This document shows, piece after piece, positions 9,806 to 19,686 of a stretch of 58,779 nt of DNA (positions are counted from its first letter, which is position 1; each line of letters begins with the position of its first letter). Under the pieces are notes generated by a model, which searched no databases, had not been told where the DNA came from, and saw nothing but the letters and a program-made list of their open reading frames with translations. The translations under genes were made by a program, and so were the position numbers. This DNA comes from a virus. Taxonomy: Duplodnaviria > Caudoviricetes. The stretch is taken from positions 1 to 58,779 of the IMG/VR virus record IMGVR_UViG_3300032006_001933; one strand, written 5' to 3'.

Positions 9806-10658
9806 TTTTTTTACTATGAAATGGTAATAAATTTTTTAAATTATATTCAGTATCATACGACAAATTATAAGATTTTAATATCTTGTTTAAAATACTAATT
9901 AATTCAGGTCTATCGTTATATGCGGCATTCGTGTATTCATTTGGTGTGCTAAATCGACCACTCATTAAATCTATTTCATATTTTATATGAAAATCACATG
10001 TAAGCATTGATGTATTTTCTATATCATTATCTATAAAATCATCATATTCGTATACACCATCTATTAAATTGTACATATTCCAAGTATAAAATTTTATAAA
10101 AAATTTTACATAATTTTTTATAACATTAGAAAAAACACTTTTACATTCCTGCATACTAGGTTTAGTAAAATCTACATTCAATGGTGCTGTATTTGGAGGT
10201 GCCATACTCATACGTAATATATATGTTTTTAATTCACTCATTGCTGTCTTTAAAAGATTTCGTCTATATAAAGTTATAATTTTAACATAACTAGATTTTT
10301 CCGAACGCAATTCTTTCATTACATCTACATTTAATATATCATATGCTCCTGGAAAATATTTTAATACAAATGGTTTATCATCATTTGCTAATTCTCTAAA
10401 CATTGACGCATATTGCCACCTTTTACTAAAAAATTCAATATCCTCATTAACCCTTTTCTGGTCTTCTTCTTTCAGTTTAAGTTTTTGAAGTTTAGTTAAA
10501 TATTTTTCAATTTCAATTTGCTTACCATTTAATAATTCCCATGGCAACTCTCTCCGATATCCATGTTTATTTTTTTGATAAGAAGATATAATATTACATG
10601 CATAAGAAGACCGAGACCTAGGATGGCACAATATTAAAATTTTATTATTTTTTAACAT
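9798..10658 (-). CDS. Divergent sulfotransferase-fold (Stf0-like) protein
   Basis: ILILCHPRSRSSY (PSB-loop-like), FVLKYF, IITLYRRNLLKTAMS (3'-PB-like) and YEYDD. Confidence 0.55.
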   Translation of the reverse strand: MLKNNKILILCHPRSRSSYACNIISSYQKNKHGYRRELPWELLNGKQIEIEKYLTKLQKLKLKEEDQKRVNEDIEFFSKRWQYASMFRELANDDKPFVLKYFPGAYDILNVDVMKELRSEKSSYVKIITLYRRNLLKTAMSELKTYILRMSMAPPNTAPLNVDFTKPSMQECKSVFSNVIKNYVKFFIKFYTWNMYNLIDGVYEYDDFIDNDIENTSMLTCDFHIKYEIDLMSGRFSTPNEYTNAAYNDRPELISILNKILKSYNLSYDTEYNLKNLLPFHSKKNE

Positions 10659-11856
10659 CTAACATATCTGCTAAATGGGGGAAAGACGTAGTAAAATCTT
10701 CATTCCTGATCTTATCTAGCTTTTTTATTTCTTTTATTCCTGACGATTCCCAATAGTGGCTATCATCACTAGAATTCATAGTAGATATTACGGCATCCCA
10801 TACGTACTTATGATTTTTTATATCTACATTTTTTGACTTTAACCAAGATATATGATTTGTCAATTTTTCAGTTGTTTTTTCTTTTAATTTTTTCGGTAAT
10901 ACTTTTACTGAAAACCATCTAGGATGAATTAAACATTGAGTATAAAATGATTCATAATTTTTAATAATTCCCTTTTCAAATAAATCTTTTTGTAATTCCG
11001 GTAAACTCCATACATTCCAAAATGCTACACAAGTAGATATATGAAGTGTTACGCTAGGTACTGATACATATTGCTTGGCTGTAAAAATTACATTATTATA
11101 TTCTGCCGGATGGCGTATATAATTTAATTCGGAACCAAACCCATCAATACTTGATTGCATATAAACATCATCAAATTTAGACCATAATTCTAATATATCC
11201 CAATTTTTATGTTTAAGTTGAGTAGTATTGCTATTATATCTTATTCTAGGTTTTACTCCCAATTCTAATAATTTTTCTAATAATATATAATGCTCATCCA
11301 TAACCAAAGGTTCGCCACCAGCAAAGTATATTTCTTCACATGTTTCTAAATATGAAAATACCTCATTTAACATACTAGCATTTAATTTATAAACTGCTGG
11401 TGATCGATTAAGTTCTTTTGCCCATTGGCTACTAAAAGTAGGACCACACATTCTACATTTTAAATTACATATATTACTAAATCTAATATCTATATACCTC
11501 ATATTAAAATCATTTACAGTACCATCAGATAACGTAGAATGTACATCATTTAAATCATTTTGGTATTTTGAATTAAAATCTAAACGAAATGGTCTTCCTC
11601 CGGCATCTTCTTTTTCATAACACCAAGAACAACTTTTATGTCTTATATCCTTTAACATATCAAGTCTAATTTCTTTTAATTTTGGAGAATTCCATAATTC
11701 TTTTAAAGGAGTTTCTTTTACATTTCCTAAATATGAAGTTGAATCATTTATTAAACAACAAGGAAACACATCTCCTTTTGGGGTAACATGTAAATGAGAC
11801 CATGGGGCCATACAAAAAGATTTACTATTTTCAATAAATTTTTTATCTATCATCAT
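10645..11856 (-). CDS. Twitch-domain radical SAM protein
   Basis: FCMAPW...GDVFPCC...YLGNV...LWNS...CSWC, then YIDIRFSNICNLKCRMC, YFAGGEPL and SSIDG. Confidence 0.92.
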   Translation of the reverse strand: MMIDKKFIENSKSFCMAPWSHLHVTPKGDVFPCCLINDSTSYLGNVKETPLKELWNSPKLKEIRLDMLKDIRHKSCSWCYEKEDAGGRPFRLDFNSKYQNDLNDVHSTLSDGTVNDFNMRYIDIRFSNICNLKCRMCGPTFSSQWAKELNRSPAVYKLNASMLNEVFSYLETCEEIYFAGGEPLVMDEHYILLEKLLELGVKPRIRYNSNTTQLKHKNWDILELWSKFDDVYMQSSIDGFGSELNYIRHPAEYNNVIFTAKQYVSVPSVTLHISTCVAFWNVWSLPELQKDLFEKGIIKNYESFYTQCLIHPRWFSVKVLPKKLKEKTTEKLTNHISWLKSKNVDIKNHKYVWDAVISTMNSSDDSHYWESSGIKEIKKLDKIRNEDFTTSFPHLADMLDVKK

Positions 11857-13270
11857 TTACAAAGGTATCTAAAGTTGCCGGATCACCTTGGGCTTGAATA
11901 CTTTCTTTATCTAAATTATAAGGTATACTATCATACCACTCTACAAAACTAGGAAAACATAATCTAAAATTTCTATTTCGTCTAATATCATATTGTTCAT
12001 AAAATGCTTTAAAATCATTATATAATTTTGGTATTTCGGCAGTATCTCTATGAGGTGTTTTTACTACATCTAAATAATCAATAAGACGTTGTACATGTGC
12101 TTGTTCACCATCCGATAATACATTACGTTTAGTTGGTAACCAATTTTCTAATTTAGTTTTAAAGGTATTTTTTAATGACACAGGTATTATTGCACAACTC
12201 TGAAAACTTGGAAATCGTAATATATTTAAAGTCATTGTGGGAGCTTTTACGCCAAAATGTTCTCTTAATAATAACATATCGTCCATAAACTCGGTTATAG
12301 ATTCTAAGCATAATGCATTTATAGTCATCATCATATGCATTTTTTGAATATTGCTTTCGTTTAATAATCTTACTAAATTTTTTCGCCATACATTATACTT
12401 CATACCATACCTTATATATTCACTTTGTATTCCAATACTTTCATTGCTGGTATAAATTTCAAAATGAGGTACATTAAAACTTGCTTTTAGCAATTTCTCA
12501 AATGTTTCTTCTTTATCAGGTACTAAGTTACTATTCATGGCAAAACGCATTTTACTTTCAGGGTGTTTTTTAAACCAATCAAATAATTTCCAGACGCTCT
12601 TATGAACTAAAGGTTCGCCGCCAGTAATTCGTATCTCTTCTAAATTATTACCTAATGAATGGTCCCACCATTTCCAAAATGCTTGAATATACGGATTATC
12701 TTCTTCATCATTCGATGCTCTAGCCGCCCAAGGGGCAGTATCTGTAAAATGTCCTCGCCCATCACTTATTATGTTTTTATACGGTCCATTTGTTTTAATA
12801 TCTTTAACCCATGTACTACTAAATGCAGGGTTACAATAACTACATGCAAAATTACAAGCTCTATCAAATGCAATTTCTAAAGTTTTAAGATCAACATCTG
12901 TATCCCATGGTTTATTTGGTATGTCAAGTACATCTTCATCTTTAAAAATTTCTGTTTTATATACTCTATCACTAATGTTATTGCGATTTATATCTTCTAC
13001 TTTCCAGCAATACTCACACTCTTGTGGCCGTTTACCTTCCAACATCATTTTACGCATTTCTTTTTTATGTTTGGTATTATGAATTGCAGTAAAATTTATC
13101 GCTAATTCTTCTTTAGGAATCCAATGAGCAGGAGGATGGTGGCAACTTGTGGTTTGGCCATGACCTAGCCATATAGTTGCATTATACCATTTTGCGGCAC
13201 AAAAACTAGGACTAATTTTATCTATTATTCTAGTTTTATAATTCTCGAGTGATTCGTTGGGCTTTCTCAT
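11843..13270 (-). CDS. Radical SAM protein with N-terminal twitch-like module (CxAKW subfamily)
   Basis: FCAAKW...TTSCHHPP...AIHNT...CEYCW, then EIAFDRACNFACSYC and RITGGEPL. Confidence 0.9.
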   Translation of the reverse strand: MRKPNESLENYKTRIIDKISPSFCAAKWYNATIWLGHGQTTSCHHPPAHWIPKEELAINFTAIHNTKHKKEMRKMMLEGKRPQECEYCWKVEDINRNNISDRVYKTEIFKDEDVLDIPNKPWDTDVDLKTLEIAFDRACNFACSYCNPAFSSTWVKDIKTNGPYKNIISDGRGHFTDTAPWAARASNDEEDNPYIQAFWKWWDHSLGNNLEEIRITGGEPLVHKSVWKLFDWFKKHPESKMRFAMNSNLVPDKEETFEKLLKASFNVPHFEIYTSNESIGIQSEYIRYGMKYNVWRKNLVRLLNESNIQKMHMMMTINALCLESITEFMDDMLLLREHFGVKAPTMTLNILRFPSFQSCAIIPVSLKNTFKTKLENWLPTKRNVLSDGEQAHVQRLIDYLDVVKTPHRDTAEIPKLYNDFKAFYEQYDIRRNRNFRLCFPSFVEWYDSIPYNLDKESIQAQGDPATLDTFVNDDR

Positions 13271-14741
13271 ATAATTTTTCTAATTCTGGAAATGTTTTTT
13301 TAAAATTTAAATTTCTGCGTTTATCTATTTCTTTAAAATACAAATAAAAATTTTTTAGTTCTATATCATTCGGTAAATCTTGTTTAATTAAATCTATATT
13401 TCTTTCTAATTTTTCTATTTCATATTTTTTAAAACCATGCCCTGTTTTATGGTAATCTTCTTGTTCAACATTATCTTTCATAAATTTTAAACAATCATTT
13501 AATATAGGTAATAAACTTTTATCTTGAGCAATAACGGTTGCATTTAACCATTTAGGATGATCAAGCATAGGTATATCAAACCAAATACGTTGTTTGGATT
13601 TAATAATCACTGGAGGATGCTTATATTCGCCTCTATCAGGAGGTTGTATTTTTAATTCTTTTTGTTTATCTTTACCAAATTTAATTCTTAAATCTAGAAT
13701 TAATTGTAAAAAGTCTTTTAATTTTGGAATGCTTAGTAGATTAAAAGTATTTATGAAGCATATTTCTGATGTAATAGTATTTTCTAAAAAGTTATGTATA
13801 TTATCTAATAGTATATTATAATTCAAAGGATATCGTATATATTCGGCTTGCTCACCAACTGAATCTAAACTAACAAATAATGAAAAATGTTTGCAACTTG
13901 CACCAACAAAATTATTATTATTATATTCTTTATTAATTTTATTTGGGTCTTCCCACCATCTTATTTGTTCTATTTTTTTAATTTTATTAATAAATCTATT
14001 AATTATTTTATTATCAGGCGGACATAAATTTGATGTTATACTTAACTCTAAATCTGTATTAGGATTTTTAATTACATAATCTAAAATTTTATAAGTGTTA
14101 TTATCTATTAAAGGTTCGCCTCCAGTCATTCTAAATACTTTTAGAGTTTTATATAAATCAGGCCACCAATTCCAAAATGCTTTAACATAAGGATTATCAT
14201 CATTAGAACTTTGAAATGGCATGTCTAAATATTGTGTATCATTATGTTTTATATTAGATAGTTCATATGGCCCACACTCCTTTATTTCTTTTTCCCAAGT
14301 GGTACTTAAATGTGGAGAACAATATACACATTTAAAATTACATGCTTGATTAAAATTTACTTCTACATACCTAGGTAAAATAGTATCTGTGTTTTTTATT
14401 TCATTCCAACCATCTTGTGCCCACCATTCGGCCGACCTATAATGTCTATCGCTTAAATGTCCTGCATCTTCTATTTTCCAACAATATTCACATTCGCTAG
14501 GTCGCTCCCCGGTTAACATTTTTTGTCGTTGGACTTGTTTGTGCTTTGTATTATGTAATGCACCAGGAGCTTGTTCTAGTTCTGTTAGTGGAATCAATCG
14601 TGCAGGAGGATGAAAACAACTATGGGTTTTTCCATTAGGTAAATGTAAACTAACTTGAAACCATTTAGCCATACACATAGACGAAGATATCTTATCTAAT
14701 TTGTTTTTAGTTTCATTAATATCATCTATATAATAAGTCAT
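13236..14741 (-). CDS. Radical SAM protein with N-terminal twitch-like module (CxAKW subfamily)
   Basis: MCMAKW...THSCFHPP...ALHNT...CEYCW, then EVNFNQACNFKCVYC, RMTGGEPL and VSLDS. Confidence 0.9.
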   Translation of the reverse strand: MTYYIDDINETKNKLDKISSSMCMAKWFQVSLHLPNGKTHSCFHPPARLIPLTELEQAPGALHNTKHKQVQRQKMLTGERPSECEYCWKIEDAGHLSDRHYRSAEWWAQDGWNEIKNTDTILPRYVEVNFNQACNFKCVYCSPHLSTTWEKEIKECGPYELSNIKHNDTQYLDMPFQSSNDDNPYVKAFWNWWPDLYKTLKVFRMTGGEPLIDNNTYKILDYVIKNPNTDLELSITSNLCPPDNKIINRFINKIKKIEQIRWWEDPNKINKEYNNNNFVGASCKHFSLFVSLDSVGEQAEYIRYPLNYNILLDNIHNFLENTITSEICFINTFNLLSIPKLKDFLQLILDLRIKFGKDKQKELKIQPPDRGEYKHPPVIIKSKQRIWFDIPMLDHPKWLNATVIAQDKSLLPILNDCLKFMKDNVEQEDYHKTGHGFKKYEIEKLERNIDLIKQDLPNDIELKNFYLYFKEIDKRRNLNFKKTFPELEKLYEKAQRITREL

Positions 14742-15544
14742 ATTATTTTTTGTGCAACAATTATTCTTTCATCCTTATTAAATCCCATTAAAATATTATC
14801 ACATTCGGTTAAATTATTTTTTTTACATACATCAGAATACGTATTACCAAATGTATTCCAGTTATAATCAACATCATATTCATGAATAAGCTCATTAGCA
14901 ATACCTATATTAATTCTACTAAACATTTCTATACCTGAACTGTTAAAAACATCTATTCCATCATCAATATTTTCTTTTTGCATTCGGACACCAATTCGTA
15001 AATATTCTGCACCATAACAAAATTTTGATAAACTAAATGCTAATGTTTCAATACATTTGTATTTGGTTAAGTCAATGTCTATATTCCTAGCAATAGGTAA
15101 ATGAGCAAAATCTAATAATACTGGTATTTGTAATTCTTCACATTTATCTAAAATACCAAACATGTCGGGATGAATTTTTCCTTTTCTAGTATACGGAACA
15201 CTTATAATAAAAGCATCATACGAATTAATATAATCATCTTCAATGAATTTATAGTTAAGTTTATGCTTACATACTGCTTTATGATACATAAATTCGCCTT
15301 TAAAAAACCTAAATCGTTTTTCATAGTATTGAAGATAAAAATGGTCAAATATTTGAATAGAACCATTAGATAGAGATATAGAATTAAATTTATCTAACCC
15401 TTCTATTGTGTTTAATTTAGAATTTGAAATCCAATTAACAAAATTTTTTTTAAATTTATCAGGTAAATCGTTATCATACAAATTTACATGTTTTAAAAAT
15501 TTTGTTAAATCTATACTTTTAATACCTTCTAGCCTTGCTTGCAT
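14738..15544 (-). CDS. PLP-dependent enzyme, fold type I (aminotransferase-like), compact
   Basis: SNGSIQIF (phosphate-binding loop), VLLDFAH (conserved Asp), AFSLSKF (Schiff-base Lys) and YLRIG. Confidence 0.7.
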   Translation of the reverse strand: MQARLEGIKSIDLTKFLKHVNLYDNDLPDKFKKNFVNWISNSKLNTIEGLDKFNSISLSNGSIQIFDHFYLQYYEKRFRFFKGEFMYHKAVCKHKLNYKFIEDDYINSYDAFIISVPYTRKGKIHPDMFGILDKCEELQIPVLLDFAHLPIARNIDIDLTKYKCIETLAFSLSKFCYGAEYLRIGVRMQKENIDDGIDVFNSSGIEMFSRINIGIANELIHEYDVDYNWNTFGNTYSDVCKKNNLTECDNILMGFNKDERIIVAQKII

Positions 15545-17181
15545 AAATTGTAAAACTCCTTATATTCTGGAAATATTTTTAAAAAATTAGTATTCCGCCT
15601 TTTATCTAACTGATCAATATATGAAATAAAATTTTTTCTTTGGATAATATAATTATTCTGTCCGTAAATTTTATCTTCCATATATCGTATATTGCGTTGA
15701 AATTTTTCTATTTCAAAATCTGCAAAACCTACCAAAGAAGACGTATTTTTAATTGAATTTTCTTTCATAAAATATTCTGCATCCCACATATATTGAAGGA
15801 AATCTTTTGTACAAATATCTACAGACAACCAATTAGGATTTTCTAAAATAGGTAAATCAAACCATATCATTTGTCTGTCTCTAAAACCATTATATTTTTG
15901 TCTTAATTTTAATATAAATCTAAGATATTCTTGTATAGAAGATATAGATAAAATATTAAAAGTGTTTATAAAAGACATACTACACGAATATAACCAAAAA
16001 TTGTATGTAAATTCATATTCATATCCAATAACTTCTGAAGGCAATTTATCAATAACTCCTTTTTCTCCTATTTCTGATAACGTAGTTATATCATCAAATG
16101 TTTTTTTACCTACTATGTATTCTTTCCACAATAATTTACCATCTTTATCGTGTGAAGGTGTTCCGTCTTCTGGATCTTCAACAAACACAGTTGCTGGTTT
16201 TTCATATAATTTTAAAAATTTATCAATATTAGTTTTTATTTTCCCCCAATCCATACCAGAACGAATGTACTCGGCTTTTTTACCTATTGAATCTAAACTT
16301 ACAAAAAGCATAAAATGTTTTAATGATTTTACTCGTTCTAAATTAAATAATTTATCAATAAATTTATCTATAAGTTTATCATCAGCAGGAGAAAAATTGC
16401 TAGTTATGCCCATTTGCAATTTTTTATTTTTATATTTTAATGCATAATCTAATACTTTATATGTATCTTTATGCATTAAAGGCTCCCCTCCGGTCATTCG
16501 AAAATAATGCAAATTATCATAGATATCAGGAAGCCATTTCCAAAATGCTTTTACATAAGGATTATCCTTTTTCTTTACTTTATTTTCTTTACGTACCTCA
16601 AATGGTAATTTTTCTTGCTGTTCTAAATATCTTATATCATTGTGTAAATGATCTACTTCCGTTATTGTTGTTGAGTGATTAAATTTTTTACCTAAAGTTT
16701 TTAGTTTAAAAGGTCCAAATTCTTCTATTTCTTCATACCATGTACTACTTAGATGAGGTGAGCAATATATACATTTTTGATTACATGCATGACTAAAATT
16801 AATTTCTAAATAGGCTGGTTTTACATTAAAATTATATTCATTATCAGTTATATAATCATAATTTTCAACTGCCCATTCTTCTGATGATTTGTATACCCGA
16901 TCACTTATTTGTTTAGAATTGTTTAGTTCTTCTATTTTCCAACAATAGTCGCAACCAGATGGTTTTTTACCAAGTACCATTTGTTTGCGTTCTGCTATTT
17001 TAAATTTTGTATTATGCAACGCACCAGGATCTTGCTCTAATTCTTCTAGTGGAATTTTATGGGCAGGAGGATGATAACAACTTTGTGTAAGACCGTGAGG
17101 TAAATGTATTTGGACATACAACCATTTTGCTAAACAAAAAGTAGGAGATATATCATCTAATAATTTTTTTACATCATTCAA
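15529..17181 (-). CDS. Radical SAM protein with N-terminal twitch-like module (CxAKW subfamily)
   Basis: FCLAKW...TQSCYHPP...ALHNT...CDYCW, then EINFSHACNQKCIYC, RMTGGEPL and VSLDS. Confidence 0.9.
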   Translation of the reverse strand: MNDVKKLLDDISPTFCLAKWLYVQIHLPHGLTQSCYHPPAHKIPLEELEQDPGALHNTKFKIAERKQMVLGKKPSGCDYCWKIEELNNSKQISDRVYKSSEEWAVENYDYITDNEYNFNVKPAYLEINFSHACNQKCIYCSPHLSSTWYEEIEEFGPFKLKTLGKKFNHSTTITEVDHLHNDIRYLEQQEKLPFEVRKENKVKKKDNPYVKAFWKWLPDIYDNLHYFRMTGGEPLMHKDTYKVLDYALKYKNKKLQMGITSNFSPADDKLIDKFIDKLFNLERVKSLKHFMLFVSLDSIGKKAEYIRSGMDWGKIKTNIDKFLKLYEKPATVFVEDPEDGTPSHDKDGKLLWKEYIVGKKTFDDITTLSEIGEKGVIDKLPSEVIGYEYEFTYNFWLYSCSMSFINTFNILSISSIQEYLRFILKLRQKYNGFRDRQMIWFDLPILENPNWLSVDICTKDFLQYMWDAEYFMKENSIKNTSSLVGFADFEIEKFQRNIRYMEDKIYGQNNYIIQRKNFISYIDQLDKRRNTNFLKIFPEYKEFYNLCKQG

Positions 17182-18103
17182 TTTGATCTTCTCTAATTAA
17201 CGGTGCAGTTCGGGTAGGACTTACATACACTTCTTTAAAGAATTTACTATTTTGTACATCCATTTCTGCTATTGGTAATTCTAAATCGTCACGAATTTTA
17301 TTACCCAATTCAAAAACTTCTTCTAATAATTTTTTATGGCCGATATCATTTTCAAATTTGGGCCATACTTCCGTTTCCCAAAACTCTGTGTGCCATTTAA
17401 AGTCACGTACAAGTGTATAATCCCAATCAGTTGCATTTGTCATCCAACAACCTAATCGAGCACCATATATTGCCCACCAGCCATTAAGTGCATCTGCTCC
17501 TACTGTCATCCATACTAACAATCGTTTAAGATTTTTATTATGCAACATTGTTAAAGGTTTATTTTTAAGTTTAGCACCTTCATCTAAACTCATTTTTACA
17601 CCTTCACGAAACCCTGCTCTGTATGCTTGGTATGGTGTAGAATTATTATGTACATAACTATAAACATTATTCATTTGAACATAACGTACATCCCAACAAA
17701 ATTCTATAAGTGATTTTGCCGAACCAAGTATATTAGATGCTTCGTGTGTTCGCATATTTTCTACTACATGTTTTGGCCAACATTTTAATCCTCCATTACC
17801 ATATACAAGCCCATTAACATCATTTTTACCTGACCAACTAATTACCCAATCATCTTCTATTTTATCTGTATCAATTTCTGCACCAAAAAAATCAGGATCA
17901 ACAATGTTGTCAGCATCTACACCAACAAATCTATTTGTTTCTGATAATTTTGCCGCGGCTTTATGTGCCGCATCACTACCGAATACGCCATGTGATCGTT
18001 TTGCCCATGGGCATTTCCTTTGTAAATCTGCAAAATTTGCATTAGCATTAGGTTCATCATATGAGATGAATATAATATCTAGTTCAGTTACTGGTATTTT
18101 CAT
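17174..18103 (-). CDS. GT-A fold glycosyltransferase-like protein
   Basis: N-terminal beta strand DIIFISYDEP, AHKAAA helix, DxD motif in FVGVDADNIV, then YGNGG. Confidence 0.65.
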   Translation of the reverse strand: MKIPVTELDIIFISYDEPNANANFADLQRKCPWAKRSHGVFGSDAAHKAAAKLSETNRFVGVDADNIVDPDFFGAEIDTDKIEDDWVISWSGKNDVNGLVYGNGGLKCWPKHVVENMRTHEASNILGSAKSLIEFCWDVRYVQMNNVYSYVHNNSTPYQAYRAGFREGVKMSLDEGAKLKNKPLTMLHNKNLKRLLVWMTVGADALNGWWAIYGARLGCWMTNATDWDYTLVRDFKWHTEFWETEVWPKFENDIGHKKLLEEVFELGNKIRDDLELPIAEMDVQNSKFFKEVYVSPTRTAPLIREDQIE

Positions 18104-18950
18104 TTGTATAAGTTATGTTGAGATAATTTTTATTAACGTAAAGTGCTTTATCTTCTAAAAAAATATTATCTATTTGTTGCCAAGGCAATTTAATCATAAT
18201 AAAATTATTTTCTTTTATATTAGCTAATCTAAAAGAAAAACTAATTTCTAATTTGTTTTTATTCTTTTTATCAGTAAAAAAAATTGTAATTTTATCGTTT
18301 AAAACAGATTCAAATTCTTCCCAATATTTAATATGATTTCTAACTAATAAGTCCCAATCACTAAATTTAACAATTTCTAAATGAATATTATTATCTAGTA
18401 AATTTCTATCAACAACTTTTGGTTGTGCAATATTTTTATTAATTTCATATGCATATTCTTCGAAACACCGTTTGGTTTTGAATATTAAATCAGTTACATT
18501 TACTTTACTTAAAATAGTAGAAATATCTTGTTCGTATTTTCCTGTTTTAAAATATTCGTCTAAATTTACTTCTAATGTACCTAATAACTCGGGACTTTTT
18601 TTAGAATGAATATATATTTTTAATATTGGATGAATAAATTGAATCTTATCAAGTTGATAAGCATCTATAAATGATTCTATAAAATACTTATCAATTATTA
18701 TTTTTAAAATATTTTCATCAGGAAATATATTTAACTTTACTGTGGCTGTTTTACCATATTTTATAATTGAAAGATTTTTTTCTAATGGTGTTCTAACTAT
18801 ATTATCTCTTTTACATAATTTATCATCAAATACAATATAATCATAAATATCATCGGTAGGCATATTATCTTTAATACAACAATCAGATTTTTCTCGTGTA
18901 TGACCAGTAATTAACCCAGTCCATTTTTCATAATGTATGTATTTCTGCAT
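18084..18950 (-). CDS. Hypothetical protein
   Basis: 288-aa ORF overlapping both neighbours; no recognisable motif. Confidence 0.7.
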   Translation of the reverse strand: MQKYIHYEKWTGLITGHTREKSDCCIKDNMPTDDIYDYIVFDDKLCKRDNIVRTPLEKNLSIIKYGKTATVKLNIFPDENILKIIIDKYFIESFIDAYQLDKIQFIHPILKIYIHSKKSPELLGTLEVNLDEYFKTGKYEQDISTILSKVNVTDLIFKTKRCFEEYAYEINKNIAQPKVVDRNLLDNNIHLEIVKFSDWDLLVRNHIKYWEEFESVLNDKITIFFTDKKNKNKLEISFSFRLANIKENNFIMIKLPWQQIDNIFLEDKALYVNKNYLNITYTNENTSN

Positions 18951-19686
18951 TTCTATAATGTATTGGATAATATTGATTAAAATTTTCTATATAAAGGTTT
19001 GTTATATCGCCCCAATGTCCTAAATCTTCGTCCCATTTTAATGTCTTGGCATTCAAGCATGATAATTTCATATCTATATATTTAAATACGTTATTTTTAT
19101 CATATACTGAATCTTCTATACCTAACATCTTTATACAAGCAGGAAATACGTGACTTGTTCTAAGTGATGTTGGGCGACTATTTGGAAATATTTCTGTACT
19201 TATAGATCTATAATTTTTTAAAATTTGTTCTAACATTGTAAAAAATTCTTGAGCAAATTGTCCTTTTTTAAAATAAAACATTTTTTCATATGCTGGGCGT
19301 ATTCCGTGTTCTGTTAAGATTTTATCATACTGCTCATGTTTTATTGTTTCTTGTTTATAATTTATTATTGTATTAGGAAATAATAAATCAAATTTAGACA
19401 AATAATCCCACCAATAAGAATAGTCGTTTAGAAACAACATATCAGCATCTAGTACAATAGTTTCATCATAATTTGAAGCCCAATATAACTGCCATATATT
19501 TAATAAATTACTAATATATGTATTATTATTTTGTTTATCGAATTTTTTAGTTATATCTTCATAAGGAAAATTATTAGATATTATAGTAACATCATCTTCG
19601 GTATGATGTTCAATGCTTTTCTTAAGAGCAGTTGCCTTACTTATATAAGGTTCATCTATTGCATATATTAAATATCCCCTAGACAT
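18928..19686 (-). CDS. GT-A (GT8-like) glycosyltransferase
   Basis: GYLIYA...YISKATALKKSI and YDETIVLDADMLF (DxD). Confidence 0.7.
   Translation of the reverse strand: MSRGYLIYAIDEPYISKATALKKSIEHHTEDDVTIISNNFPYEDITKKFDKQNNNTYISNLLNIWQLYWASNYDETIVLDADMLFLNDYSYWWDYLSKFDLLFPNTIINYKQETIKHEQYDKILTEHGIRPAYEKMFYFKKGQFAQEFFTMLEQILKNYRSISTEIFPNSRPTSLRTSHVFPACIKMLGIEDSVYDKNNVFKYIDMKLSCLNAKTLKWDEDLGHWGDITNLYIENFNQYYPIHYRNAEIHTL

Noticed and set aside
15985-16205. Mini-intein in the radical SAM gene
   Set aside because: No Cys/Ser start block or His-Asn terminal motif, and too short for a Hint fold.
2-17181. RiPP cluster or anaerobic sulfatase maturation, given many SPASM-like radical SAM genes
   Set aside because: No short precursor ORF (the genes overlap and leave no room), no recognisable RRE/PqqD domain, peptidase, exporter or sulfatase in the window; partners are sugar-type enzymes. 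A precursor beyond the left edge cannot be excluded.
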